Positions 19,308 to 29,040 of a stretch of 64,000 nt of DNA are shown in pieces. How positions within the stretch are numbered: position 1 is the first letter of the stretch; every line of letters begins with the position of its first letter. The stretch is from Planctomycetota bacterium (GTDB taxonomy: Bacteria > Planctomycetota > PLA2 > JAEUHO01), in NCBI GenBank assembly GCA_965223505.1, contig CBDCWP010000009.1, forward strand, positions 13,233 through 77,232, read 5' to 3'. The position numbers and the translations under genes are program-made. The notes under the pieces are model-generated. The model was not told the DNA's origin and searched no databases. It saw only the letters and a program-made list of their open reading frames with translations.

Positions 19308-21860
19308 ATGAGTCACACCCCCCACCCCGCACCGGTCGAAGCGCTTCTCCAGCATCGCGCCTGGGTTCGCAATCTGGCCCGCAGCCTCGTTCGAGACGAG
19401 AACGCGGTCGACGATCTCGAGCAGCAGACGTGGATGGCCGCCATGCGCAAGCCGCCCACAGGCGCGGCGAAGCCGTGGCTCGGCGCCGTCGTGCGCAATC
19501 TCGCGAGCAAGTCGCGACGCGCACGGGGCCGTCGATCGGTGCGCGAGGAGCGCGCGGCGCGGCCGGAGCAGGTGCGCTCGACCGCCGCGGTCGTCGCGGA
19601 GGCGGAGGTGCACGAGCAGGTCGTGCGAGCCGTGCTGCGTCTGGACGAGCCCTATCGAACGACGCTGCTGCTGCGCTTCTTCGAGGGACTTCCGCCGCGT
19701 GAGATCTCCAAGCGCATGGAGGCGCCCGTCGAGACGGTGCGTGCTCGTGTGCGGCGCGGCCTCGAGCGCATGCGCGAGTCGTTCGACCGCGAGCACGGCG
19801 GCCGCAAGCGCTGGTGCCTGATGCTCGCGCCGCTCGCGCGAGTGGACAGGGGGACGACCGCAACGGCTTCGATGGGACTAGGAGCCATTCTGATGGGAGC
19901 CAAGATCAAGATCGCGCTCGGCGTAGCGGCCATCGCGCTGCTAGGCGTCTTCTTCTTCGCGAAACCCTTCGCGGACGACGAACCGCGGGAGGACGACGAG
20001 ATCGTCGCCGACAACGACGGCATCGAACAGCAACCCGAGCTCGCCGGCAACCCGGACACGAAGCCCGAGGCGACACCGGCGCCCGAGCGCGCGCCCGAAC
20101 CCGCCGTCGTCGGTGCCCGCATCCACGTCGTCAGAGGCGACACGAGCCTGGCCAATGCGGCCGTGCGCCTGGTCGATCGTGATGACGCGTCCTTCGAGCT
20201 CGTCACGAACGGGCGCGGACGCGTCGCGCTGCCCATCGGCCTCTCCGGGCCGGCGGTCGCGTTCGTCGTCACGCAGGACGGCGCCATGCAGCGCTTCCGG
20301 GCGCAGACGTTCGGTCCCGAGGAGACCGAGCTACGACTTGCCGAGGGACCGCCCATTCGGATTCGATTCACGGACGTCGAGGGCAAGGCGTTCACCGCTG
20401 CCGAGATCGAGGAACGCTTCGAGGCGTCCAAGACCCCGCGCACGATGAAGCTGCTGTCGAGCGCGATCTTCAACAGCGACAACCTGCTCGAAGCGCGCCT
20501 ACGCGACCTGTCGAACTGGACCGTGGACGTCACGCTCGGTGCCGACGGCAGCGTGCTGCGACCGACACCACGCCCCGCTGCGGGCACGTGGCGCCTGCTG
20601 ACCTCGCGCCCCGGCTCGACACCCTTTCTGAGCGAGGCGTTCGCGCTCGCAGGCGAAGACGAGATCGCCGTCGACGTCGTCCTGGAACGCGAGCCGAAGA
20701 TGGTACGGATTCGAGCCGTCGACGCCCGGACCGAAGAGCCGCTGAGCAAGGCGCGCGTCTATGCCGTTTTCGAGTACGGCGACGATGCCCTCTTCGTCAA
20801 GGAAGACGACCGGTTCGCCGACGCGTACGGGCAGATCGACCTTCCCGTGTTCCGGAACGTGACCGGAGCGTTTCAACGGGCGCCGACCTGGTGGATCGAG
20901 ACGCCCACCCACGCACGCATGCTCACCGACAGCGAGCTCGTGCAGGCCGCAGAGAGGCTCGTCGTTCGCTGCGCGCGCCGGTTCGACGTCCGGGGCCGCG
21001 CCTATCTTCGCGACGGCACGCCCGCGGTCGGAAAGCGCGTCATGGCGATGATCGCCAAGCGTCATCCCATGCGCACGACCGTGGCGGAGGACGGCAGCTT
21101 CGCGTTTCACGGTCTGCCGTACCGCAATCGCCTCAACCCGGGCGTATCGACGAACGTCAACGCCAAGGGTAGGGTCCCGATCATCTTGTTCGAGGATCCC
21201 GCCACCATGCAGGTTCGGATGGACAACGCGAACGCGCTGCCCGGAGAGACCGTCGAGGTCACGATCGGTACGCCCGGTGTCGCGGAGGAGACCGGAACCC
21301 TGCGAGGACGCGTGACTGCGGGCGGCACGCCGCTCGTCGGTGTCATGCTGATGGCGAAGACGAGCGGCAAGGACAGGCAGATCACGAAGACCGACGGCGA
21401 AGGCCGCTTCGACATCGGCGGGCTCAAGCCCGGCATGCTCTCGATGGCCTTGTTGTGCGGCGACCCGCGCGCATCCGACGACTACATGATCCAGACCGCC
21501 GACGAGGTCACCCGTGAGCTGCGCCCGGCGGAGCCGGTCGAGGTGAACTTCGATCTGCCGGGCGGCTTCATCAAGGTGACGGTGGTCGATGACAAGACGG
21601 GCAAGCCGCTGTCGGGGATCGCCGTCGCGGCGGAAGCGATGAAGCGCGAGGTCGATACGGAGCGCTTCCCGGGGTTCCGCTATGTACCCGGTTGGGCGGA
21701 GCTGACGAACGACCAGGGGGTCGCGCTGCTCAAGGGCGTGCCGGAGGGACTCGTTCGCGTTCGGCTCTACTCGCGCGCCCACGGCGAGCACGAGCGCAAG
21801 GACCAGACCGCGGGCACCGCGGACGAGCCGCTCGAGGTCACTATCCGTCTCAAGAAGTAG
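19308..21860 (+). CDS. ECF sigma-70 factor fused to a TM helix and extracytoplasmic carboxypeptidase-regulatory-like domains
   Basis: Sigma region 2 (AVDDLEQQTW) and region 4 (LDEPYRTTLLLRFFEGL...ETVRARVRRG); TM KIALGVAAIALLGVFFF; repeated GRV...TDxxGxF beta-sandwich units. Confidence 0.85.
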   Translation: MSHTPHPAPVEALLQHRAWVRNLARSLVRDENAVDDLEQQTWMAAMRKPPTGAAKPWLGAVVRNLASKSRRARGRRSVREERAARPEQVRSTAAVVAEAEVHEQVVRAVLRLDEPYRTTLLLRFFEGLPPREISKRMEAPVETVRARVRRGLERMRESFDREHGGRKRWCLMLAPLARVDRGTTATASMGLGAILMGAKIKIALGVAAIALLGVFFFAKPFADDEPREDDEIVADNDGIEQQPELAGNPDTKPEATPAPERAPEPAVVGARIHVVRGDTSLANAAVRLVDRDDASFELVTNGRGRVALPIGLSGPAVAFVVTQDGAMQRFRAQTFGPEETELRLAEGPPIRIRFTDVEGKAFTAAEIEERFEASKTPRTMKLLSSAIFNSDNLLEARLRDLSNWTVDVTLGADGSVLRPTPRPAAGTWRLLTSRPGSTPFLSEAFALAGEDEIAVDVVLEREPKMVRIRAVDARTEEPLSKARVYAVFEYGDDALFVKEDDRFADAYGQIDLPVFRNVTGAFQRAPTWWIETPTHARMLTDSELVQAAERLVVRCARRFDVRGRAYLRDGTPAVGKRVMAMIAKRHPMRTTVAEDGSFAFHGLPYRNRLNPGVSTNVNAKGRVPIILFEDPATMQVRMDNANALPGETVEVTIGTPGVAEETGTLRGRVTAGGTPLVGVMLMAKTSGKDRQITKTDGEGRFDIGGLKPGMLSMALLCGDPRASDDYMIQTADEVTRELRPAEPVEVNFDLPGGFIKVTVVDDKTGKPLSGIAVAAEAMKREVDTERFPGFRYVPGWAELTNDQGVALLKGVPEGLVRVRLYSRAHGEHERKDQTAGTADEPLEVTIRLKK

Positions 21861-22485
21861 CCTTGTCGCGCCGCGAGACGACCACGACCTGGCGCGCATA
21901 GTCGAGCGACAGCAGGCGGAAGAGCCAGCCGAAGACGAAGCGGCGCAGCACGCGGCGCACGGCCGAGTCGGCGTACCCCCTCGCGATGCGCGTCACCGTG
22001 AGGCCGCTCGCCTCGATCATCCCGGCGAGCTGGTCGTAACAGAGCGGCGTGCGGTGGGTCGCGTCGCGCGCGTACTCGTTCGGGTGGTAGACGTTCGGCG
22101 TGCTCAGCACGAGGTGGCCGTTCGGCTTGACGCGCTCTGCGATCGCGGCCAGCCAAGCGGCAATGTCGTCGCGGTCGATGTGCTCGATCACCTCGAATGC
22201 CGTGACGACGTCGAACGTGCCGGAAACGTCCGCGATGTGCGCGTGGTCGTGCGGGTGACGGGTGTCGGGGTCGACGGACGTGTACGTCGCGCTCGGCCGC
22301 TCGCGCTCCAGGATCTGCCCGACCCGCTTCGCGCCGGCGCCGACGTCGAGCACCGCCGCCGCGTCCGCCACCAGCGGGAGCAGCTCCTTGTGCACGCGCT
22401 TGACCAGGGGCAGGTCGTAGATCGACCCGAACCGGCGCTGGATGTCACGGCGTCGCTCGTACAGGTCCGACCACGCATCCGGCAT
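21850..22485 (-). CDS. Class I SAM-dependent methyltransferase
   Basis: VLDVGAG, FDVVTAFEVIEHI, KPNGHLVLSTPN. Confidence 0.85.
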   Translation of the reverse strand: MPDAWSDLYERRRDIQRRFGSIYDLPLVKRVHKELLPLVADAAAVLDVGAGAKRVGQILERERPSATYTSVDPDTRHPHDHAHIADVSGTFDVVTAFEVIEHIDRDDIAAWLAAIAERVKPNGHLVLSTPNVYHPNEYARDATHRTPLCYDQLAGMIEASGLTVTRIARGYADSAVRRVLRRFVFGWLFRLLSLDYARQVVVVSRRDKATS

Positions 22486-22487
22486 CG

Positions 22488-23468
22488 CTAGAGGGTCCGC
22501 GCGACGTCGGCGGCGGCGTAGCTCAGGATGACGTCGGCGCCCGCACGCTTGATGGCGGTGAGACACTCGAGCATGACCGCGTCGGCATCGATCCAGCCCT
22601 TCTCCGCCGCCGCCTTGACCATCGCGTACTCCCCGCTCACGTGATACGCGGCGACGGGGACGGCAACGTGCTCCCGCACCAGCTGAACGACGTCGAGGTA
22701 GGCAAGCGCGGGTTTCACCATGACCATGTCGGCGCCCTCGTCGATGTCGAGCAGGACCTCGCGCAGGGCTTCGCGCGCGTTCGCCGGGTCCATCTGGTAG
22801 GTCTTCTTGTCGCCGCCGCGGGGTTCCGAGTCCAGCGCCGAGCGGAAAGGCCCGTAGAGCGACGATGCGTACTTGGCGGCATAGGACAGGATGCCGACGC
22901 CCGTGTGGCCCGCCTCGTCGAGCGCCGTGCGGATGGCCGCCACCCGTCCGTCCATCATGTCCGAGGGGGCGACGAGGTCGGCCCCCGCCTCCGCCTGGGA
23001 AACCGCCATCGCGGCGAGGATCGGCAGCGTGTCGTCGTTGACGACCTCGCCCTCGCGAACGACGCCGTCATGACCGTCCGACGAGTACGGGTCCATGGCG
23101 ACGTCGGTGATGACGGCAAGCGTCGGAATCTCGTTCTTCAGCGCGCGTACGGACTGCTGTAGCAGGCCGTAGGCGTTGGTCGACTCCGTTGCCCGGCTGT
23201 CCTTCTTCTCGTCACCGATCGCCGGGAACAGTGCGACGGCGGGAATGCCCAGTGCATGGGCGTCGCGTGCCTCCTCGATCAAGACGTCGATGCTGTATCG
23301 ATGACAACCCGGCATTGCGTCGATCGGTTGTCGCTCGCCCTCACCGTCGACGACGAACATCGGCAGGATGAAATTTGTAGGCGCAAGGCGGGTTTCGCGA
23401 ACGAGGGATCGAATCGCGGCCGTGCGCCGGTTACGCCGCGGTCGGGACCGTAGGTAGTCGAGGCTCAT
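22488..23468 (-). CDS. hemB: Porphobilinogen synthase (ALA dehydratase)
   Basis: DVAMDPYSSDGHDG (Cys-free metal site), APSDMMDGRV, YAAKYAS, MVKPA, AYHVSGEY. Confidence 0.97.
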   Translation of the reverse strand: MSLDYLRSRPRRNRRTAAIRSLVRETRLAPTNFILPMFVVDGEGERQPIDAMPGCHRYSIDVLIEEARDAHALGIPAVALFPAIGDEKKDSRATESTNAYGLLQQSVRALKNEIPTLAVITDVAMDPYSSDGHDGVVREGEVVNDDTLPILAAMAVSQAEAGADLVAPSDMMDGRVAAIRTALDEAGHTGVGILSYAAKYASSLYGPFRSALDSEPRGGDKKTYQMDPANAREALREVLLDIDEGADMVMVKPALAYLDVVQLVREHVAVPVAAYHVSGEYAMVKAAAEKGWIDADAVMLECLTAIKRAGADVILSYAAADVARTL

Positions 23469-23477
23469 GATGCGCGG

Positions 23478-24392
23478 CTACTCTACCGTCAGAGCCGTGC
23501 GGCCCCATAGCCACGCCGCGCCGAACACGCCCGCGCTGTCGCCCAACTCGTGTTTTCGTATGGGTGTTCGAAGCGTCGGACTGAACAACATCGCCTCGAT
23601 CGCCGGCGGACCTCGCTCGTACAGCACGGCCGCGTTCGCCATCCCGCCGCCCAGGACGACGACGTCCGGGTCGAGGACGTGAATGATCCGCGCGAGCCCC
23701 TCTCCGAAGAACCCGAGGTAGCGCTCGACCGCACGAACGGCGGCGACGTCCCCGCGACCTGCGCGCTCGAACACCTCCGCGGCGCCGACGCGTCCCGCAC
23801 CGCTCAGGCGTTGGTAGTCGGCTTCGAACCCCGGTCCGGACAAGCGCGTCTCGACGCAGCCGTGCAGGCCGCAATAGCACCGCGGCTGCGTGCCGTCCTC
23901 GAGATCGGCGATGGGGCTGTGGCCCCACTCGCCCGCGATGCCATGAACGCCGTCACGCACCTCACCCTTCCAGACAAGGCCGCCGCCCACCCCCGTGCCG
24001 AGGATGATGCCGAACACGACGTCGCCGTCACGTCCGGCCCCGTGGAGCGCTTCGGCGACGGCGAAACAGTTGGCGTCGTTCGCCACGCGCACCGGACCGT
24101 CGAGGCGCTCTTCGAGGTCACGCTGCAGCGGCCTGCCGATCAGCTCGGTCGTGTTCGCGTTCTTGACCGTGCCCGTCGTCTTCGAGATCGCACCCGGGAT
24201 GCCGACGCCGACGGTCGCGTCGGTCTCGGCGCGCGCCCGCAGATCCGTCGCGAGCCGAGCGACCGTCTCGACGATCGCCTCGTAGCCGGCGTCCCGCGGC
24301 GTCGGGACGCGCTCTCGGGCGCGCACACCTCCGTTGGCGTCGAGCAGCACGCCTTCCGTCTTCGTCCCGCCCAGGTCGATGCCGATGCGCAT
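23478..24392 (-). CDS. ROK-family sugar kinase (Mak-like)
   Basis: GIDLGGTK, NDANC, GTGVGGG, GEWGH, CYCGLHGCVE. Confidence 0.9.
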   Translation of the reverse strand: MRIGIDLGGTKTEGVLLDANGGVRARERVPTPRDAGYEAIVETVARLATDLRARAETDATVGVGIPGAISKTTGTVKNANTTELIGRPLQRDLEERLDGPVRVANDANCFAVAEALHGAGRDGDVVFGIILGTGVGGGLVWKGEVRDGVHGIAGEWGHSPIADLEDGTQPRCYCGLHGCVETRLSGPGFEADYQRLSGAGRVGAAEVFERAGRGDVAAVRAVERYLGFFGEGLARIIHVLDPDVVVLGGGMANAAVLYERGPPAIEAMLFSPTLRTPIRKHELGDSAGVFGAAWLWGRTALTVE

Positions 24393-24480
24393 GGTCCCGA
24401 GACTACGGCGAACCCGGTGGCGGGCGAACCGCGAAGACGGCGGAAGCGGTAGACTCTCGCTCCCATCTGCAAGGGAGAGA

Positions 24481-27400
24481 TTGACCGTGCGAGCCCCCGA
24501 CCTTCGGCCCCGAACTTGGATGCTGCTTGCGGCGCTTTGCGGCGTCCTCGCCGGGACCCCGGCCGACGCGAACGCCCAAGATCAGGAGCCGATGCGGCTC
24601 GTACCGTCGATGGATCTCTCTCCCGACGGGAAGCAGCTCGTCGTGGCGTGGCGCGGCGACCTGTGGATCGCGTCGACGTCCGGCGGTGAAGCGCGGCGGT
24701 TGACCCACCACCCCGCCAACGACCACATGCCGTGGGTCTCGCCCGACGGGACCCGCGTGGCGTTCCTCAGCAACCGCACGGGCGTCGATCAGGTCTGGCT
24801 GATCGCGCTGGACGGCGGACCCGCGAAGCAGGTCACGCACCACACCGAGGGGTTCGGCCTGTATGGCTGGTTTCCGAGTGGCGACGCCGTGTTGGTCCGG
24901 GCCCGGCACGACCATCACTGGCGCCAAGGGCTGCGTTTCTTCAAGCGCACGCTCGATCCGATCGATCCCCTCGAGCTGCTGTTCGACGCCTACGGCGGCA
25001 GCGCGTCGATCTCCCCCGACGGCAAGCACATCGTGTTCGCCCGGGAGGGCGAGCGCTGGTGGCGCAAGGGCTATGTCGGCCCGCGCGCGTCGCAGATCTG
25101 GACGTACGACCTGGAGAAGAAGACGTTTCGAAAGTTGACCGACGGCGAACACGGCGAGCGCTGGCCGTTGTGGATCGACAGCGACTCGCTCTATTTCGTC
25201 AGCCAGGCAGACGGGACGTTCAACCTCTGGCGCATGAACCGCGACGGGACGAAGCGCAAGCAGTTGACGTTCCTGAAGGACGACGGCGTGATGTTCCCGC
25301 ACGTCAGCGCAGACCGTTCGACGCTCGTGTTCCGGCGCCTCTTCGATCTGTACACGTACGATCCGAAAGAGGGTGGCGAGCCGCGGCACGTGTCCCTCGT
25401 CCATGCCGGAGACCGGGAGATCGAACGCGTGCAGCGTCGCACCGTCACGCGCGCGAGCGCGGCGGCCTTCACCGACGACGCCCGCGAGATCGCCATCGTG
25501 GCCGATGGCGACGTTTGGGTCATGGACACGGAGCTGCGCGAGCCCAAGCGCGTGACGCACACGGCCGCCGAGGAGCGCGACCCCGTGTTCTCACCGGACT
25601 TCAAGACGCTGTACTTCGTGAGCGATGCGCTCGGCACCCCGGACGTGTTCAGCGCGACACGCGCGGACGAGACGAAGTACTGGTGGCAGAACGACGAGTT
25701 CGTCATGAAGCGGCTCACGAACGACGAGGAGGTCGAAGCGGGCCTGCGCTTTACGCCGGACGGCAAGCGAATCAGCTTCGTCAAGGGCCGCGGGGATCTG
25801 TGGACCATGACCCCGGACGGCACGGATGCGATTCGCGTGCTCTCGTCCTGGAACCGTCCGGACTACGACTTCTCCCCCGACGGGAATTGGGTCGCCTACG
25901 CGCTCAGCGACAACGACTTCAATCGCGACGTGTTCATCACCAAGGCCGACGGAACCGGCGAGCCCGTCAACGTGTCGCGCCACCCGGATGACGAGACCAG
26001 TCCGCGCTGGTCGCCCGACGGCAAGGTACTGGCCTTCGTGGGCCGGCGTTGGGAGCAGGAATTCGACATCTACTACGTGTGGCTCCAGAAGCCGGACGAC
26101 GAACGCAGCAGCCGTGACCGCAAGCTCGAGAAGGCGCTCGAGAAGATGGCGGGCCGGAAGAAGAAGAAACCCGGCAAGGCGGCGGACACGACGAAGCCGA
26201 CGGCCGAGAAGCATCCGACGACCGGGACGTGGAGCGGGCGCCTGAAGGGCGAGCCTCCGATCCCCCCCGACGGTTTGGAGATCACCCTCGTCATCACCCG
26301 CAACGAAGACGAATCGCTGGTCATGCGCCTCGAGGTGCCGGGGCAATTCGATCTCGCCGACGTCCCGTTCACGTTCGACGACGAGACCAACAAGGTGTCG
26401 TTCGAGGTCGCGTCGCCACTCGGCCTTCTCAAGGGCGAGGGCACCAAGTCCGGGAAGGTGATCGAGGGCGCGTGGTCCATCGAAGGCACGATGTCGGGCA
26501 CGTTCCGGGTCGAGCGACAGTCCGAAGAGCCGACGAGCGGCGACGCCGGCGCTGCGGACACCTCGACGCCGGCGGCGAAGAAGACCTCCGAGAAATCCGC
26601 AGAGACGCCGAAGCCGATCGAAATCGACTTCGACGGCATCGCCGATCGCGTGCGGCGCATCACGATCAACGACTCCACCGAAGGCAACTTGATCTGGTCG
26701 CACGACTCGAGGCGCCTGGCGTTCACCGCGACGGTCAACGGGGCGATCGGGACGTACACCGTCACGTTTCCCGACGAGCTGACGCCCAAGCTGCTGTCAG
26801 CGACCCGCGGATCGAACGGACGTTGGCTCAAGGAGGGCAACCAGATCGTCTGGCTCGTCGGCGGTCTACCGGCCACGCTGAGCGGTCTCGATGGCAAGCC
26901 TGCCCGATCCGGTGGCCCTCGCTCGACGTCGTACGCTTTCCAGGTTCAGAACGAGATCGACCTTCCCTCCGAACACGCGGCGGCCTTCGATGTCGCGTGG
27001 CGCATCATGCGGGACAACTGGTACGACGCGCGCATGAACAACCGCGACTGGGATGCGGTGCGCCGCAAGTACCGCCCCATGGCGAAGGCGTGCCTGCGGC
27101 GTGACGAGCTGGAGCTCGTCGTGAACTTGATGCTCGGTGAGCTCAACGGCTCCCACCTCGGGTTCCGCGCCTCCAAGACGGCCTGGACGGCGCCCGGCTG
27201 GAAGCAAGTCACCGGACACCTCGGGCTGCGCTACGACCCGTCGTTCGAGGGACCCGGATTGAGGGTGCGCGACGTCGTCCCGCGTTCCCCGGCCGACCTC
27301 GCGAAGCACCGCATCGAGGCCGGCGAGATCGTCACGTCGATCGACGGGCGCCCGGTCGAGCCGTACACCAATCTCGTTCCGATCATGACCGGCGTCCCCA

Positions 27401-28170
27401 ACCGTTCGATCGAGGTCGAGGTGCGCAACGCAGAAGGCGAAGAACGCACGCTCGCGATCCGGCCGACGACCTACGCGGCGATCCGCGGTCTCATGTACGA
27501 CTACTGGATCGACCGCACGCGCGCCAAGGTGGACGAGCTGAGCCAGGGATCGCTCGGCTACCTCCACGTGCGCGGCATGAACTGGTCGAGCTTTCAACGA
27601 TTCGAGGCCGAACTGTACAAGGCCGGCCACGGCAAGGACGGGTTGATCATCGACGTACGTGAGAACGGGGGCGGGTTCACGACCGACCACCTGCTCACGT
27701 GCCTCACGCAGCCACGCCATGCGATCACCGTTCCGCGTGGCGGCGGGCCGGGGTACCCCCAGAGCCGCATGGTCTACGCGAGCTGGCACAAGCCGATCGT
27801 CGTGCTCTGCAACCAGAACAGTTTCAGCAACGCGGAGATCTTCAGTCACGCGATCAAGAGCCTGAAGCGCGGCAAGGTCGTCGGGGTGCAGACCGCAGGC
27901 GGCGTCGTCAGCACCGGCGGCGCACGCGTCATGGGCGTAGGCAGTCTGCGCCTGCCGTTCCGCGGCTGGTTCGTGAAGGACACGGGGCTAGACATGGAGC
28001 TCAACGGGTGCGTACCGGACATCACGGTGTGGCCCGAGCCGGGCGAGGCGGCGGCGGGCAAGGACCGGCAGCTCGAGGCCGCAGTGGAGGCGTTGTCCGC
28101 TTCGGTCGCGGAGTGGAAGGCGCGTCCCCGTCCGAAGCTCGTTCCCGCCAGCGAACGACGGACGAAGTGA
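24481..28170 (+). CDS. Tricorn-type S41 protease (PD40 propellers, PDZ, S41 domain)
   Basis: Signal peptide, repeated SPDGK motifs, ELNGSHL, PDZ, IIDVRENGGG, NSFSNAE; start at TTG after AAGGGAG (uncertain). Confidence 0.9.
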   Translation: MTVRAPDLRPRTWMLLAALCGVLAGTPADANAQDQEPMRLVPSMDLSPDGKQLVVAWRGDLWIASTSGGEARRLTHHPANDHMPWVSPDGTRVAFLSNRTGVDQVWLIALDGGPAKQVTHHTEGFGLYGWFPSGDAVLVRARHDHHWRQGLRFFKRTLDPIDPLELLFDAYGGSASISPDGKHIVFAREGERWWRKGYVGPRASQIWTYDLEKKTFRKLTDGEHGERWPLWIDSDSLYFVSQADGTFNLWRMNRDGTKRKQLTFLKDDGVMFPHVSADRSTLVFRRLFDLYTYDPKEGGEPRHVSLVHAGDREIERVQRRTVTRASAAAFTDDAREIAIVADGDVWVMDTELREPKRVTHTAAEERDPVFSPDFKTLYFVSDALGTPDVFSATRADETKYWWQNDEFVMKRLTNDEEVEAGLRFTPDGKRISFVKGRGDLWTMTPDGTDAIRVLSSWNRPDYDFSPDGNWVAYALSDNDFNRDVFITKADGTGEPVNVSRHPDDETSPRWSPDGKVLAFVGRRWEQEFDIYYVWLQKPDDERSSRDRKLEKALEKMAGRKKKKPGKAADTTKPTAEKHPTTGTWSGRLKGEPPIPPDGLEITLVITRNEDESLVMRLEVPGQFDLADVPFTFDDETNKVSFEVASPLGLLKGEGTKSGKVIEGAWSIEGTMSGTFRVERQSEEPTSGDAGAADTSTPAAKKTSEKSAETPKPIEIDFDGIADRVRRITINDSTEGNLIWSHDSRRLAFTATVNGAIGTYTVTFPDELTPKLLSATRGSNGRWLKEGNQIVWLVGGLPATLSGLDGKPARSGGPRSTSYAFQVQNEIDLPSEHAAAFDVAWRIMRDNWYDARMNNRDWDAVRRKYRPMAKACLRRDELELVVNLMLGELNGSHLGFRASKTAWTAPGWKQVTGHLGLRYDPSFEGPGLRVRDVVPRSPADLAKHRIEAGEIVTSIDGRPVEPYTNLVPIMTGVPNRSIEVEVRNAEGEERTLAIRPTTYAAIRGLMYDYWIDRTRAKVDELSQGSLGYLHVRGMNWSSFQRFEAELYKAGHGKDGLIIDVRENGGGFTTDHLLTCLTQPRHAITVPRGGGPGYPQSRMVYASWHKPIVVLCNQNSFSNAEIFSHAIKSLKRGKVVGVQTAGGVVSTGGARVMGVGSLRLPFRGWFVKDTGLDMELNGCVPDITVWPEPGEAAAGKDRQLEAAVEALSASVAEWKARPRPKLVPASERRTK

Positions 28171-28180
28171 CGCGCCGTAG

Positions 28181-28290
28181 GTAGGGGCAGCCCTTGTGGC
28201 TGCCCAACCTGGGACGCGCATGATCGAGACTGCGGTCATCCCTTGTGGCTGCGCAACCAGGGACGCGCCGCGCCCAGGAGTCGCCCCTAC
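28181..28290. repeat. REP/REPIN-like element between convergent genes
   Basis: GTAGGGGC...GCCCCTAC terminal inverted repeat; internal hairpin GGGCAGCC-CTTGT-GGCTGCCC; 29-bp direct repeat at 28191-28219 and 28240-28268 (2 mismatches). Confidence 0.65.
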
Positions 28291-28955
28291 ATCAACGTCA
28301 CGAAGTCCTCGAGGCGCTTCTTCGTGATCGCCGGCACCTGCGCGTCCGGGGCTGGATAGCCGACCACGAGCAGCAGGAACGGTCGCTCGTTCTTCGGCCG
28401 TGAGAGGATCTCGTTGAGAAAGCCCATCGGGCTGGGTGTGTGCGTGAGCGTTGTGAGCCCGGCACGATGCAGCGCGGCGATGAGCATCCCGGTCGCGATG
28501 CCGACGGACTCGTCGACGTAGTAGCGCTTGATGGTGCGGCCGTCCTCGGCGACGCCGTAGCGCTCCCCGAAGATCGCGATGAGAACCGGCGCCGTCTCGA
28601 GGAACGGCTTCTTCTCGTCCGTTCCCAGCGCCGCCAGCGCGTCGAGCCACTCCTGGGGTGCGCGCTCGCGGTAGAACGCGCGCTCCTCGGCCTCCGCCGC
28701 CTTTCGGATCTTCGACTTCACCTCGGCGTCTCGAATCACCACGAAGTGCCAGGGCTGCATGTTGGCGCCGCTCGGCGCGGTGCCGGCCGCCCGCAGGCAG
28801 TCGTCGATGACGTCTTGCGGGACGTCGCGCTCCGCGTAGTCGCGAACGGTGCGGCGGCCGCGCAGCTCTTCGTAGAAGGCGCGGGCGCGGCGCTTCATCT
28901 CGTCCGTGTCCAGCGCCTGGAAGGTCAACGGTTCGAAGGCGGGTTCGGTCGTCAT
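28287..28955 (-). CDS. Nitroreductase-family flavoprotein, iodotyrosine deiodinase type
   Basis: [45 protein letters not shown]. Confidence 0.85.
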   Translation of the reverse strand: MTTEPAFEPLTFQALDTDEMKRRARAFYEELRGRRTVRDYAERDVPQDVIDDCLRAAGTAPSGANMQPWHFVVIRDAEVKSKIRKAAEAEERAFYRERAPQEWLDALAALGTDEKKPFLETAPVLIAIFGERYGVAEDGRTIKRYYVDESVGIATGMLIAALHRAGLTTLTHTPSPMGFLNEILSRPKNERPFLLLVVGYPAPDAQVPAITKKRLEDFVTLM

Positions 28956-29040
28956 GCCGCCAGTCTCACCGAACGTCCGTTCGCTTCCAAACCGGGCGCC
29001 CCTGGTTGCCACCCCCGAAAGCGGGTAGAAGGACACTGCC

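Noticed and set aside
28181..28290. CRISPR mini-array
   Set aside because: Only two imperfect repeats with a 20-nt spacer, no cas genes, and GTAG-bounded inverted ends that fit a REP element better.
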